Origin: Pirellulales bacterium
GTDB lineage: Bacteria; Planctomycetota; Planctomycetia; Pirellulales; PALSA-1355
NCBI GenBank assembly: GCA_963733035.1
Contig: CAVTBU010000008.1
Location: 64,001 to 128,000 of the forward strand
DNA: 64,000 nucleotides
Direction of reading: 5' to 3'
Part shown: positions 37,299 to 48,202 of the stretch, piece by piece
How the letters are laid out: each line of letters starts with the position of its first letter
How positions within the stretch are numbered: position 1 is the first letter of the stretch
Position numbers and translations under genes: made by a program
The notes under the pieces: generated by a model
The model's database searches: none
What the model was told of the DNA's origin: nothing
The model's input: only the letters and a program-made list of their open reading frames with translations

Positions 37299-37519
37299 GC
37301 GGATTTCGCCAGACCGCTTCGACTGACCCTGGAGCTGGGGCGAAAATTCAGGCATTTGGCGCTGCTTTCCGATCGACCTATTCGTTGAAATACCGCCTTT
37401 CAAGCAGCTTAGCAGGTATTTTTGTCTACGCAACAACATTATTTTGGCTTACAAAAAATTAAGCTGAGGAGCCCCGGGACGCTGCAATTCCAGGTCTCCG
37501 AACGCTGACGCCGGTACGG

Positions 37520-38701
37520 CTAGCGAGAACTGCCGCTCATGACGCCGCCGCTCACTGTGGCGCGAATGCGTAGCTGGCCACCAGCTCCGCTTGAGGCATC
37601 CGGCAAATCAAAGAACGTGATGTCAGCCGAATCGCCCAGTTCCAGGCGAACCGGTTTGAGCCCCAGCAGGCGAGCCGGGTGCTCGGTCGCCATTTCAACC
37701 GCCGTGGCCAGATCAACCCCAGCAAAGCGCATTACGTTGGCAATGCCGTCTCCGATCGGCCGCGACGCCCCGGCCAGTAGCTGATCTTGTCCGGCAATCA
37801 CCAGCCGGCCGTCGGCCAAGATCTCGAGTTCACAAAGCTCCGTGTCGTAACGTCCCGGCGGAAGCCCCGCCAGGCCGGACAAGTCGCTCACCAAAATACA
37901 GCGACTGGGAGTCTTGGCACGGACTAGCGACTGCACCACTTCCGGCGGAAGGTGGTGCCCATCGACGATCAGACTCGCCATTAGCCGGTCCTCTGCCAAT
38001 TGGTCCCACAGGTAGTTGGGATGCCGACGAAGCATGCGATGCGCGCCATTGCCCAGGTGCGTGCTCAAACGGGCTCCAGCGTCGACGGCGGCTCGGATCT
38101 GTGCTGAATCGGCGGCCGTGTGTCCGATCGAAACGACCACGCCGCTGTCGACCGCACGACGAATGAACTCGGGCGATTGTGGATACTCGGGAGATAGTGT
38201 GAGCAGTCGCAAGCGTCCGTCGGCCGCCTCCTGAAACCGCTGGAACTCCTCCCAATCCGGTGGTCGGCAGTGCGTCAGCGGATGCGCGCCTCGCGGACCG
38301 TCCTCGCTGGCGATGTACGGCCCCTCAAGATGAATGCCGGGTGCGATATGGTCCACGTCCGACCGTTGGTGGCAAGCCGCGGCGATCGTTCGCAGGCTAT
38401 GTACGATCGTGTCGAAGCTTGCCGTGGTCACCGTCGGCAGAAACTGCGTCACGCCGAATTCAGCCTGCCGCATCGCAATTGCAACGACCTTTTCGATCGT
38501 CAGTGCAGGTGAGGCGAATTCCTGTCCGCCATACCCGTTGCTCTGAATGTCGATAAACCCCGGCGCCAGCCACGGCAGGGGACCAGCAGATTCGGATCGC
38601 TGGCGCACGCCGGTAATTCTGCCGTCGCCGACATCAAGCTGAATGGGCAGCCCGGTGCGATAGTGACGTCCGGAAAGCTGGAAGGTTTCGCCGCGATTCA
38701 T
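37520..38701 (-). CDS. nagA: N-acetylglucosamine-6-phosphate deacetylase family amidohydrolase
   Basis: PGFIDIQSNG, GIHLEGPY, GAH, TLSPE, SIGHT, THLGN. Confidence 0.82.
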   Translation of the reverse strand: MNRGETFQLSGRHYRTGLPIQLDVGDGRITGVRQRSESAGPLPWLAPGFIDIQSNGYGGQEFASPALTIEKVVAIAMRQAEFGVTQFLPTVTTASFDTIVHSLRTIAAACHQRSDVDHIAPGIHLEGPYIASEDGPRGAHPLTHCRPPDWEEFQRFQEAADGRLRLLTLSPEYPQSPEFIRRAVDSGVVVSIGHTAADSAQIRAAVDAGARLSTHLGNGAHRMLRRHPNYLWDQLAEDRLMASLIVDGHHLPPEVVQSLVRAKTPSRCILVSDLSGLAGLPPGRYDTELCELEILADGRLVIAGQDQLLAGASRPIGDGIANVMRFAGVDLATAVEMATEHPARLLGLKPVRLELGDSADITFFDLPDASSGAGGQLRIRATVSGGVMSGSSR

Positions 38702-38824
38702 CAAGCCGCCATTGATGCGGTGTCAGGAGTCCGAGCCGTTTATCGTAGTAGCCCAGCCCTGCCCGCCGCAACCGCCCGCGCGTTCCAACGACGGAGCTGC
38801 CAACGCACGAGCGGCGTGTTGCCG

Positions 38825-39244
38825 TCAGTAGCGATCTGCGTTCGGGTGCAGCACGACATACGGCGGGTAGACGCGCCAGCGGTTGGGATCGTAGGTGTTG
38901 GAACCCCAGAATGCCGACTGGTAACCGCCCAACATCGGCGTCGAGGTCACATAGGGCCGAGAGTTGTTGATGCCGTACCATTTTTGCGAGGCCAGGCGTG
39001 CGGCCCGCTGCATCCCCTTGAGCTCGGCCTTGCGGCGAACGGCCATTTTAGGACTCTCGTAGCGTTCACGCTCGCGCTCGTAGAGCCACATTTCCGGCGA
39101 TTGCGGAGTTGCGGCACTCGGTTGTTGAGCCGCAGGGGCAGGGGGCGCGTCACGACGTACATCGAACGGCGAATCCTGAGCGAAACTCGGAACTGCCCAC
39201 AGAACAATCAACAGCGACAGCGGTATCCAGGTGGGACGACGCAT
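38825..39244 (-). CDS. Hypothetical secreted protein
   Basis: Signal peptide; SPEMWLYE...RLASQKWYG. Confidence 0.7.
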   Translation of the reverse strand: MRRPTWIPLSLLIVLWAVPSFAQDSPFDVRRDAPPAPAAQQPSAATPQSPEMWLYERERERYESPKMAVRRKAELKGMQRAARLASQKWYGINNSRPYVTSTPMLGGYQSAFWGSNTYDPNRWRVYPPYVVLHPNADRY

Positions 39245-39533
39245 CGGTATGTCTCCTTTGCAGCGTGCCTGCTCGATGAAAGCGTACACGCCACCAACTG
39301 AAATGGGTCTCGGCCGTCGTTACGGAGTCTTGCGCGGCGCGGGTTGCCGCTTTCCGGTCAACTGCCTTCGTCTCTGCGATCCTCAACGATGGGAACTTCG
39401 GCCGACGTCGGTAATCGTGCGGGAAATACCGCCGCCCCTTGGTCGGAAAGGCGCGCACTCAGCGGGCATCTTCCCTCCGAAGTCTAGCACGGGACTCGCT
39501 ATTAGGGCTTTCGGCGCGACAAGGGCTACGAGA

Positions 39534-40423
39534 TTAAGCGATTTTACGTGCCACGGCGCGGATCCGAATTGCACGACCATCATATCGGTGCTGCGATGGC
39601 GGCACTATAATTGCCAGCGGCGCTGATGGCGGTTGGATAAATACTCGATAGCTTCGCGCGTCGGGAACTACTAGCACGTAGACGATGTCACCCGACCGCC
39701 AGTACGAGATGGCCTGGCCGGCCGCGTCAGACAGGGGTGAAACGGGCGGCGTACTCGAGAGATCGGCCCGAGGCATACGAGCCACATAGAGCATGGCCTT
39801 GGTCTTACCGTGGACCAATTCGTAGGCCACTACCTGCGTTGGCGTATACGCCCGATCCATTGCCAGCGGCTGGGTGGCACCCGAACCGCACCGGGCACTG
39901 GGAAATTTCTGGGCGACGTCTTCGCCGGTTGCCACTTATTGGTCAGTTCATCGTGCCAGTGCGCTGCAAGTTGATCAAGTGGCAGATCGCTCCCCCACTG
40001 CAGCCAGTAGCCGACGACCACGACGAGCACCGCGGCCGCGATGACCGAAAGCGAAGCGCCCGCCCAATGCCGACGCTGCCAAATACTACGCGGGGCCGCC
40101 AGATCCACGGTACCGCTTTCCACGGGTGTCGCCTCGTGTGCCGCGCTCACCACGTTGTTCAGTAGCGACTGCGACAAACCTCCCAATGGTGACTCGCTTT
40201 GCGCCTCAAGCCGAGTCAAAATCCGCTGGGCCAAGTCCGCGGGCACCGGAATTTGTTCAAGCGATGCACCGATGGCGACGTCCCACTTCTGCACTCGCTG
40301 GCGCGTCAGCTCGGCGTCGGCGTCCTGCCGAATCGCCTCCGCCGTATCGGCCAAGTCCGAATCGAGCAAATCGTCACTGCCGGGCCGGCAAGCCTCGATT
40401 CCCTCACGAATGCGTTTGTCCAT
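39534..40423 (-). CDS. Putative anti-sigma factor, single TM (frameshift near 39847)
   Basis: Directly downstream of an ECF sigma; VPADLAQRIL, TM helix; second frame continues to WRSGDIVYVLVV. Confidence 0.65.
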
Positions 40424-40448
40424 TGGAAGCTCGTCTATATCCCCAGGG

Positions 40449-41021
40449 TTACCTTCGGGTGACCGTGGGGTGGTGGTACGTTGGACCGGCCAGCGGAGAG
40501 TCTACAGCTCTCGCACGGGCCGACTCGGTCTTGTTTGGCTCCGACAACCGCTCACGCAAATGCGCTTTCGCACGCGCCAGGCGGCTCATCACGGTTCCCA
40601 GGGGAATTTCCAGCGTTTCGGCAATCTCTCGGTAAGATCGGTGTTCGTAATAAAACAACAAAACGACTAATTTGAACTCGTCTCCCAGGGTGTCGATGGC
40701 GGCCTGCAACTCCTGGCTGTCGATCGGTTCGGCCGGCGGCTCCTCGGGGATTTTGTTGACGTCCAGGTCGGCAATCGGCAAACCTAGTCCTTTGCGTCGG
40801 CCCTTCAAATAGCAGTTACGCAACACTGTAAACAACCAGCCGCGTACGCTGTCGGCATTGCGCACCTGGTCCAACTTCTGGTGGGCGACAAGGAAGACCT
40901 GTTGGGTCAAGTCCTCGGCATCCGACGTCGAACCGCTGAGCCGGTAGGCATAACGGTACAACGCTTCGTGATAGTCCGCGACCAATTTGGCAACCGCCAA
41001 CGGCGCAGCACGATCAGCCAT
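40449..41021 (-). CDS. ECF sigma-70 factor
   Basis: DAEDLTQQVF, WLFTVLRN, SYREIAETLEIPLGTVMSRLARA. Confidence 0.93.
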   Translation of the reverse strand: MADRAAPLAVAKLVADYHEALYRYAYRLSGSTSDAEDLTQQVFLVAHQKLDQVRNADSVRGWLFTVLRNCYLKGRRKGLGLPIADLDVNKIPEEPPAEPIDSQELQAAIDTLGDEFKLVVLLFYYEHRSYREIAETLEIPLGTVMSRLARAKAHLRERLSEPNKTESARARAVDSPLAGPTYHHPTVTRR

Positions 41022-41491
41022 GGTTCGCCCTTCCAGTTTCTAAGAGGCCCGACGCCAACGATTTATTCCCGATCGGGCAAATTCAGTTCCGACATGATCG
41101 CCAGCCCCGACCAGAGGCCCATCGCGTGCCGCCAATCGGATCGCGAAATTCCGGTCGTGCCCCAGCTAGCCCGTTGCTAGCGGAAGAGTACGCTTTTGCG
41201 CCGGTAAGTATACCGTGCTGGCATTCCAATCCCAGTTTTTGTCCGCGCATCCGTCCTGGTTTTGGTTAGCTGCATCCATTTGCAAGTTCGGCGGCAACAG
41301 GGCAATCTTGGCAATTTCAACGCCCCCCCCTGCACTTGTCGGTCCGAGAGCTCCAAGTCAATGCAAAATCAGGGTTTGAGGCCATCACCCGGGCCGCTAC
41401 ACTCCGCCGGGACGCAGCGAGGGCCCAGGCGCACCCGCGATCTGCCGGTCGGTCGACCACTTTTCGCATCTTTGCATGGAAAGGAAACCAC

Positions 41492-41893
41492 ATGAACGTC
41501 AGAACTTGGACCATGTTGGCGTTGCTTGCCACGTTGCATGTCGGATGTGGCAAACAGGAAACACCGCCCGCCGCCGCGCGGCCCGCGGACAACATCGAGC
41601 AACTCGCCACCGATACGCAACACGCCGTCGAACGCCAAGCTCGCCGCGTCCAGGATGACTGGGACAGGTTCGCCCGCGATGCGAAGGGCGAGGTGCAACG
41701 AAGCCGAGACAAGATCGATTCGCAACTCAAAAAACAGCATGACGAAATGGCCGAATTTGCCGCTCAGATGGCGGAAGACGCCAAAGATCGCGCCCTCGAC
41801 ATCCCGGATGTTCTGGACGAGTTTTTTGGCGCGCCCACGGACGAACAGAAGCGTCGGTCCCCGGGAGATCGCACCGAGAGCCGTCAACGATAG
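41492..41893 (+). CDS. Helical lipoprotein
   Basis: LHVGC lipobox; amphipathic helices. Confidence 0.7.
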   Translation: MNVRTWTMLALLATLHVGCGKQETPPAAARPADNIEQLATDTQHAVERQARRVQDDWDRFARDAKGEVQRSRDKIDSQLKKQHDEMAEFAAQMAEDAKDRALDIPDVLDEFFGAPTDEQKRRSPGDRTESRQR

Positions 41894-42059
41894 CGCCCTA
41901 TGCCGACTCTCCCATCTACCCAGCCTATCCTGCTTGGCATTGCCGAGAAAAATTCGCAGTACGGGAATAAACAGCTGGCATGGTGGATCGTTGTACATAG
42001 AGACCAAGCAGGGAGGTCCTGCGTGGGCTGAATATGACAATTGAGACGGAAGGTGCGTC

Positions 42060-42209
42060 ATGAAGAAGTTTGCTCCGCTGTTCCTGTTGCTGGGCCTGGG
42101 TCTGTTCACCGTCGGTTGCGAGAAGAAGCCCGCAGCCACCCCCGAAGCCACTCCCGAAGCAACTCCGGAAGCTACGCCCGAAGCCGCTCCCGAAACCCCC
42201 GCTGAATAA
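42060..42209 (+). CDS. 49-aa lipoprotein with ATPE repeats (not in the ORF track)
   Basis: MKKFAPLFLLLGLGLFTVGCEKKPAATPEATPEATPEATPEAAPETPAE; GGAAGG RBS; terminator downstream. Confidence 0.8.
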   Translation: MKKFAPLFLLLGLGLFTVGCEKKPAATPEATPEATPEATPEAAPETPAE

Positions 42210-42250
42210 GCAGGCGTTTTCTGGCGAGACACTCGCTGAAACATACGATC

Positions 42251-42290
42251 GGGGAGAGACGCTCAGTTCGGTGCGTCTCTCCCTTGTTTT
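42251..42290 (+). terminator. Intrinsic terminator
   Basis: GGGAGAGACGC...GCGTCTCTCCC followed by TTGTTTT. Confidence 0.8.
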
Positions 42291-42343
42291 ATGCGCAGAT
42301 CACGTGCGCGGTACCGTCTCATCGAGTGCCGAAAAGCTGCCCT

Positions 42344-44401
42344 CTATCGCTTCGGCCTCGGCAATCGGCCTCCCTTGCCACGCCGGCGTCGGCCGTTGCC
42401 CCCGCCCCGCACGTCGACTTCGTCTACTTTCTTTCCGAGCGAGCCGCGCATCTTCTCAATCCGGTCGCGAATTCCAGCAGCCCGCTCGAACTCTAGAGCG
42501 TCGGCTGCCGACATCATTTCGCCTTCGAGCTCGGCCAAGTATTCCTCGGTGATGTATTGTGCCTCGTCCGAACGCCCCACGGCGGCATTGGCGGCCGCAT
42601 GTGCCTTGGCCTCGCCCTCGATCCCCGCCCGGATGCTCTTGCGAATCGTCTCGGGCGTAATACCGTGCTCTCGGTTGTATTCCTGCTGCACCGATCGCCG
42701 GCGTTCGGTCTCATCGATGGCCCGTTGCATCGAGTCGGTTACCCGATCGGCATAGAGCAGAACTTTGGCGTTGACATTGCGTGCCGCGCGCCCGATCGTC
42801 TGCATCAGGGAGGTTTCGCTGCGTAAGAACCCCTCCTTGTCGGCATCGAGGATCGCCACCAGCGAAACCTCGGGCAGGTCGAGCCCCTCTCGAAGCAGGT
42901 TCACACCCACCAGCGCCTCGAACTGCCCCTGGCGGAGATCGCGCAGGAGTTCCACGCGTTCAAACGCATCGAGTTCGCTATGCAGCCATTTGCACTTCAC
43001 GCCTTGTTCGACCAGATAAGCGGACAGGTCCTCGGCCAGTCGTTTGGTAAGCGTGGTGACTAGCACGCGTTCGCTTACGGCCGCTCGCTCGCGAATCTGG
43101 CTGAGTAAATGTGGCACCTGCGTGCGGGCCGGGGCCACTTCGATCACCGGGTCCAACAAACCCGTCGGGCGGATGATCTGCTCGACGAATTCGCCTCCCG
43201 TCTGGTCGAGCTCGTACGGTCCTGGAGTCGCTGAAACGTAGACCACCTGGTTGATCTTTTTTTCCCACTCCTCGAACTTGAGAGGGCGATTGTCCAGGGC
43301 GCTGGGGAGTCTGAAGCCATGCTCCACGAGTGTCGTTTTGCGGCTCTGGTCGCCCGCGAACATCGCCCGGACCTGCGGCACCGTGGCGTGTGATTCGTCA
43401 ACGAACAATAGATAGTCGTCCGGAAAGAAATTGAACAGCGTGTGCGGTGTCGAACCGGGTGGCCGCCCCGACAGCGGGCGGCTGTAGTTCTCGATCCCAG
43501 GACAGAAGCCGACTTCGAGCATCATTTCGATGTCGAACCGGGTACGGGCGTTGAGCCGCTGCGCTTCGAGCAATTTGCCCGCATTCCTCAGCACTTCAAG
43601 CCGTTCTTCGAGTTCCTGCTTGATCGCATCGATCGCTGCGGCGATCCGTTCTTCAGGCATGACAAAGTGCTTGGCGGGATAGACGAATATTTCCGCTTCC
43701 TGGCGAACCACCTCGCCGCTGATGGGATTGATGATCGACAGTTGCTCGACCTCGTCTCCCCAAAACTCGATGCGATACGCGAATTCCTCGTAAGACGGCC
43801 ACACTTCAACGCAATCTCCTCGCACGCGAAACTTCGCCCGGGCGAACTCCACGTCGTTTCGCTCGTACTGTACGTCGACCAATTTCATCAACACGGCGTC
43901 GCGATCAACGGTCATGCCGCGTCGCAGGCCAACCATCATTGCCTTGTAGTCCTCGGGCGATCCCAAGCCGTAGATGCACGAGACACTCGCCACGATGATC
44001 ACGTCGCGACGACTGACCAACGCGCTGGTGGAGGCCAGTCGCAAGCGGTCAATCTCCTGATTGATCGAGGCGTCCTTTTCGATGTAGATATCGCGCTGCG
44101 GGATATACGCTTCCGGCTGGTAGTAGTCGTAGTAGCTGACAAAGTAGTGCACCGCGTTGTGCGGAAAGAATTCCTTGAACTCCGAATAGAGCTGTGCCGC
44201 CAGCGTCTTGTTGTGCGACAGCACCAGCGTTGGACGCTGCACCTGCTGGATCACGTTCGCCATGGTAAATGTCTTGCCCGAGCCGGTGACCCCCATCAGC
44301 ACCTGGCTCTTGCGGTCACTGCGCAGGCCATCCACCAATACGTTGATCGCCTCCGGCTGATCACCGGCCGGACTGAACTGACTGACTAGTTCGAATGGCA
44401 C
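42344..44401 (-). CDS. uvrB: Excinuclease ABC subunit B
   Basis: [47 protein letters not shown]. Confidence 0.97.
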   Translation of the reverse strand: MPFELVSQFSPAGDQPEAINVLVDGLRSDRKSQVLMGVTGSGKTFTMANVIQQVQRPTLVLSHNKTLAAQLYSEFKEFFPHNAVHYFVSYYDYYQPEAYIPQRDIYIEKDASINQEIDRLRLASTSALVSRRDVIIVASVSCIYGLGSPEDYKAMMVGLRRGMTVDRDAVLMKLVDVQYERNDVEFARAKFRVRGDCVEVWPSYEEFAYRIEFWGDEVEQLSIINPISGEVVRQEAEIFVYPAKHFVMPEERIAAAIDAIKQELEERLEVLRNAGKLLEAQRLNARTRFDIEMMLEVGFCPGIENYSRPLSGRPPGSTPHTLFNFFPDDYLLFVDESHATVPQVRAMFAGDQSRKTTLVEHGFRLPSALDNRPLKFEEWEKKINQVVYVSATPGPYELDQTGGEFVEQIIRPTGLLDPVIEVAPARTQVPHLLSQIRERAAVSERVLVTTLTKRLAEDLSAYLVEQGVKCKWLHSELDAFERVELLRDLRQGQFEALVGVNLLREGLDLPEVSLVAILDADKEGFLRSETSLMQTIGRAARNVNAKVLLYADRVTDSMQRAIDETERRRSVQQEYNREHGITPETIRKSIRAGIEGEAKAHAAANAAVGRSDEAQYITEEYLAELEGEMMSAADALEFERAAGIRDRIEKMRGSLGKKVDEVDVRGGGNGRRRRGKGGRLPRPKR

Positions 44402-44511
44402 GCGAAGTTCCGTGGCAACCGGGCAGGGCAGGGAGGAGTCTTCCGAGGGCCAGTGAGCGAGGTATTCGCCACACCGCAACTAAGAAGAATACGCGAGGCG
44501 ACCGATATTGG

Positions 44512-44931
44512 CTACCGCCCGGCCACGTTGCCGCTGGGCGGCAGTGGACGCAGGTAGGGGCGGATTTGCTCCAAGGTCTTGGGACCGATGCCGCGCACAC
44601 GCCGCAGTTCGTCAAGATCGGCAAATGGACCGTCCTCCTGGCGCGAGTCGACGATGCGCTTGGCGAGCGTCTCGCCGATGTTCGGCAGGGCGGATAGTTC
44701 CGGCCAATCGGCCAGGTTAATATCCACTTCGAACGCCACCGGCCGCGTCGCGGCGCGATCGACCTCGATCGCCCGGCCGCTTAATCCACCGTGCGCGACC
44801 CAATAGACTCCCAGACTGACGAGCGCCGACATCACCAGCGCAGCCACGGCCGCCTGGTCGAGGCGCTTAAGCCATGGCGATCGCCGCTTGGGCTGCAAGG
44901 GAGGCCGGCGCTGGGGATAGGAGGGGCTCAT
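44512..44931 (-). CDS. ComEA-family helix-hairpin-helix protein
   Basis: TM helix, then VDINLA..LPNIGETLAKRIV..VRGIGPKT. Confidence 0.88.
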   Translation of the reverse strand: MSPSYPQRRPPLQPKRRSPWLKRLDQAAVAALVMSALVSLGVYWVAHGGLSGRAIEVDRAATRPVAFEVDINLADWPELSALPNIGETLAKRIVDSRQEDGPFADLDELRRVRGIGPKTLEQIRPYLRPLPPSGNVAGR

Positions 44932-45018
44932 GGCAGTCGGTATTATGACTGAAAGTTGCGAATTACACAAAGTTGAGGCCAACGCTCGGGCCATACGAGC
45001 CGGGGCGGTAGAGGCATC

Positions 45019-45945
45019 GTGTCGAAGGAATTCAACCAAATCACTTGGGACGCAGCGGTCGAAGAAGACTGCCGACAAATCGTGCGGCTGGCGATTCGAG
45101 AGGACCTCGACCGGCTGTTCGACTGGACGACGCTGGCACTCGTCCCCAGCGGCACCCAAGCCGAAGCTGCAATTGTCACGCGCCAATCCGGCGTGGCCTG
45201 TGGCTTGCAAGCCGCCGAATTGGCCATCTCGGAAATGGATGTCACGATGCAACTCGTGCCCAACGTCAACGATGGCGATCGGATCCAGGCACAGCAGGCA
45301 TTGGCGACTCTTACAGGCCCCGCACGCAGCCTGCTCACGGCCGAACGAATCCTATTGAATCTGATCGGGCGACTATCGGGCATCGCCACGCTCGCGCGTC
45401 AATATGTCGACGCCGTGCAAGACACGAAGGCCCGCATCTACGACACCCGCAAGACCACGCCTGGCTGGCGGCGACTGGAAAAATACGCCGTGCATTGCGG
45501 CGGCGCCAGGAACCATCGCACTGGATTGTTCGACGCGATTCTGATCAAGGATAACCACCTTGCCCTGGCAGCCCAGACGCAAGGCACCGGACACCTTACA
45601 ATCGCCGAGGCAGTGCGGCGCGCCTGTGAGTTCGTCGACACAATGGCAGCGAGCCAACGCGGAGTTCCCCTGCTGATCGAAGTCGAGGTCGACACCTTCG
45701 AGCAACTCAGCGAAGTGCTCGCCGAGAAGCCCGACATCGTGCTATTGGACAACATGTCGGTCGAACTCTTGCGGCGATGTGTGACGCTTCGTGACGGGGT
45801 GGCTCCCGGCGTCGAATTGGAAGCGTCGGGCGGCGTGAATCTGTCAACCATCGCGGCGATCGCCGCCAGCGGCGTGGACCGCATCAGCGTGGGGGCGCTT
45901 ACGCATTCGGCCAAAACGCTCGACCTGGGGCTCGATTGGCGCTAG
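45019..45945 (+). CDS. nadC: Nicotinate-nucleotide diphosphorylase (carboxylating)
   Basis: DTRKTTPG, NHRTGL, LIKDNH, LLDNM, EASGG, ISVGALTHS. Confidence 0.96.
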   Translation: MSKEFNQITWDAAVEEDCRQIVRLAIREDLDRLFDWTTLALVPSGTQAEAAIVTRQSGVACGLQAAELAISEMDVTMQLVPNVNDGDRIQAQQALATLTGPARSLLTAERILLNLIGRLSGIATLARQYVDAVQDTKARIYDTRKTTPGWRRLEKYAVHCGGARNHRTGLFDAILIKDNHLALAAQTQGTGHLTIAEAVRRACEFVDTMAASQRGVPLLIEVEVDTFEQLSEVLAEKPDIVLLDNMSVELLRRCVTLRDGVAPGVELEASGGVNLSTIAAIAASGVDRISVGALTHSAKTLDLGLDWR

Positions 45946-46296
45946 CGATTTTCCGTGTTCCGCCGACCCTGCCGCGACGCCACGCAAGGAATTCGAGTGG
46001 GCCGGTACTTCGTTTGACCCCTCGATGCTTTCGACCTAGGGTTGCGATGCACTTGCGCCTTTGGGGAGGGGCGCCAGTCACGGGGCACGGCGGGGATTGC
46101 ATGGAGCTCGAGGGGACCCTGCCGTGCCTTTTTCGTTAAACGGCCCAAACCGCCGTCATAACCCGCCCATCTCGCCTCTTCGGACCTACGCGAAACCTCG
46201 AAGTTCGTGGACAGGGGGGGCCGGGCAACCTACGTTTGCACGGGTTGCTTGGCTGCGTCCCGATCTCGTTTTGACTCCCCCAGTTGTGGCTGCGAC

Positions 46297-47823
46297 ATGC
46301 TGTTTTTTTCCAAGTGGTCCATGGCCGCCCTCGGCGTGGCGCTCACGGTAGCGCTGGCCCTTGGCGTCGACTGGCTGGCCGCCGAAGTCCTCGGCATCGG
46401 GGGACCACAGGTTCGCTGGTGGTTACTAACAACGACGCTAGTTCTGGTCGCTGCGTCACTTGCATTTCTAGTCGGACGTGAACGTGCGCTCCGCCGCGAA
46501 GCCACGCACGATGTTGAATTGCTCGGTCGCGCCGGTTCGCACCAAACGCCGTTGCCAGCACTAGCCGCTAAATTGCGTCGTCCGCAGGACTGGGAACGCG
46601 CTTTCGGCCGCCTGCAGGAACGCATGTCCGCCATGTCGCGGCGACTGGAAGAGATCGATCGCGAGCGGGCGGCGCACGAATATCGCGCAAAGTGTTTTGA
46701 GTCGAAATCGCGGCAAGTGCACTCGATTTTGTCCGCCTTGGCGGAGCCCGTGCTGGTAATCGACAAGCGTGACAAGCTGGTGCTTACCAACTCCAGCGCC
46801 GACCGTTTGTTGTCGCTCAAGGCCGACGCCTGCGAGGAGCAGGCCCTGGCCAACCTCGTGCGATGCGAACAACTTGTGGAACTCCTCACCGATACTCGAA
46901 AACGCCGGGCGTTTACGCAGCGAAGTTGCGAAATCGAAATGTTCGACGAACAAGGCGAGCCGCGCTGGTACCGTGTCACGGCCCGCAATATTCCCACGCA
47001 ACCGGGCGATTCGGATCCCGACGGAACGTCTCAAGGGGCTGTGGCACTGATGCACGACATCAGCGCCCAGCGCACCCTGCAAAAGCGCAATGCCGAGTTC
47101 GTCACGATTGTGAGCCACGAAATGAAGACGCCGCTGGCAAGCATCAAGGCCTATGTCGAGTTGCTCGCGGACGGCGAAGTGGAGGACCCGGTATCTCGTC
47201 AAGAGTTTCTCCGCGTGGTGTCGACGGAGTCCGACCGCCTGCAATACCTGGTTGACGACCTGGTCGAGCTGGCCCGCATCGAAGCCGACCTGGCCGGGGA
47301 GCAAAAACGAGCGCAGCCTCTACTGCCGATCCTGGAAGATGCCTTCGCGGCGGTACGTCCCTTGGCCGCCGAAAACGGTGTTCACCTGGAGACCGCCTGT
47401 TGCGGCGAGGAGATCAACGTCTCGGTCGATCGCCCGCTCTTGTATCAGGCCGCTTTGCACTTGCTGTCAAATGCCGTTAAGTACACACCCGCGGGAGGTC
47501 GTGTCTGTCTTCGTGCCGAATCCGACGGCCGGATCGCCAATTTCGAAGTTGCCGATACCGGAGTGGGCATCGCGGCGGAAGACTGCCAAAAGATCTTCGA
47601 AAAATTCTATCGCGCCCACAAAGACCAGGTCGTGGCCGACGGCACGGGCCTCGGCCTGCCGCTCGTCAAGCACATTATCGAAGGTGTCCATGGCGGACAT
47701 GTCGAAGTGCGTAGCACACCGGGCGAAGGCAGCGTGTTTCGCGTCCGGCTTGCCTGTGCCGCCGGCGACGCCTTAACCGGCAGCGCAGTCCCTACTCGAA
47801 TACAAGGAGATGATGATGGTTAA
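46297..47823 (+). CDS. Membrane PAS sensor histidine kinase
   Basis: Two TM helices, VSHEMKTPL H-box, NAVKY, DTGVGI, GTGLGL. Confidence 0.93.
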   Translation: MLFFSKWSMAALGVALTVALALGVDWLAAEVLGIGGPQVRWWLLTTTLVLVAASLAFLVGRERALRREATHDVELLGRAGSHQTPLPALAAKLRRPQDWERAFGRLQERMSAMSRRLEEIDRERAAHEYRAKCFESKSRQVHSILSALAEPVLVIDKRDKLVLTNSSADRLLSLKADACEEQALANLVRCEQLVELLTDTRKRRAFTQRSCEIEMFDEQGEPRWYRVTARNIPTQPGDSDPDGTSQGAVALMHDISAQRTLQKRNAEFVTIVSHEMKTPLASIKAYVELLADGEVEDPVSRQEFLRVVSTESDRLQYLVDDLVELARIEADLAGEQKRAQPLLPILEDAFAAVRPLAAENGVHLETACCGEEINVSVDRPLLYQAALHLLSNAVKYTPAGGRVCLRAESDGRIANFEVADTGVGIAAEDCQKIFEKFYRAHKDQVVADGTGLGLPLVKHIIEGVHGGHVEVRSTPGEGSVFRVRLACAAGDALTGSAVPTRIQGDDDG

Positions 47824-48202
47824 AAAAGTTCTGTTGTGTGACGACGAGATCCATATCCTGCGGGCCGCCGAATTCAAAATGGTTCGTGCGGGCTACCAGG
47901 TCCGCATCGCCCGCGATGGCCAGGAAGCTTGGGAAATGATCCAGCAAGAGCGGCCCGATGTGTTGGTAACCGACGTGCAAATGCCCCGCATGGACGGTTT
48001 CCAACTCAGCCAACGGATACGCAGCAATCCAGTGACGAAGGATTTGCCGATCCTGATGCTCACGGCCAAAGGCTTCGAGCTCGAGCAGCAGGACCTGATG
48101 GCAAAATGGGGGATCGTCGATATCGTCGCCAAGCCATTCAGTCCACGCGAACTCGTGCGTCAAATTGACCAGATCGTCGAAGCCCCCGCAGCGGCACACT
48201 GA
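47816..48202 (+). CDS. Single-domain response regulator
   Basis: VLLCDDE, TDVQMPRMDG, LTAK, KPFSP. Confidence 0.93.
   Translation: MVKKVLLCDDEIHILRAAEFKMVRAGYQVRIARDGQEAWEMIQQERPDVLVTDVQMPRMDGFQLSQRIRSNPVTKDLPILMLTAKGFELEQQDLMAKWGIVDIVAKPFSPRELVRQIDQIVEAPAAAH

Noticed and set aside
41369..42244. 291-aa minus-strand ORF with SGVA repeats
   Set aside because: Antisense to two lipoprotein genes that have lipoboxes, RBSs and a terminator
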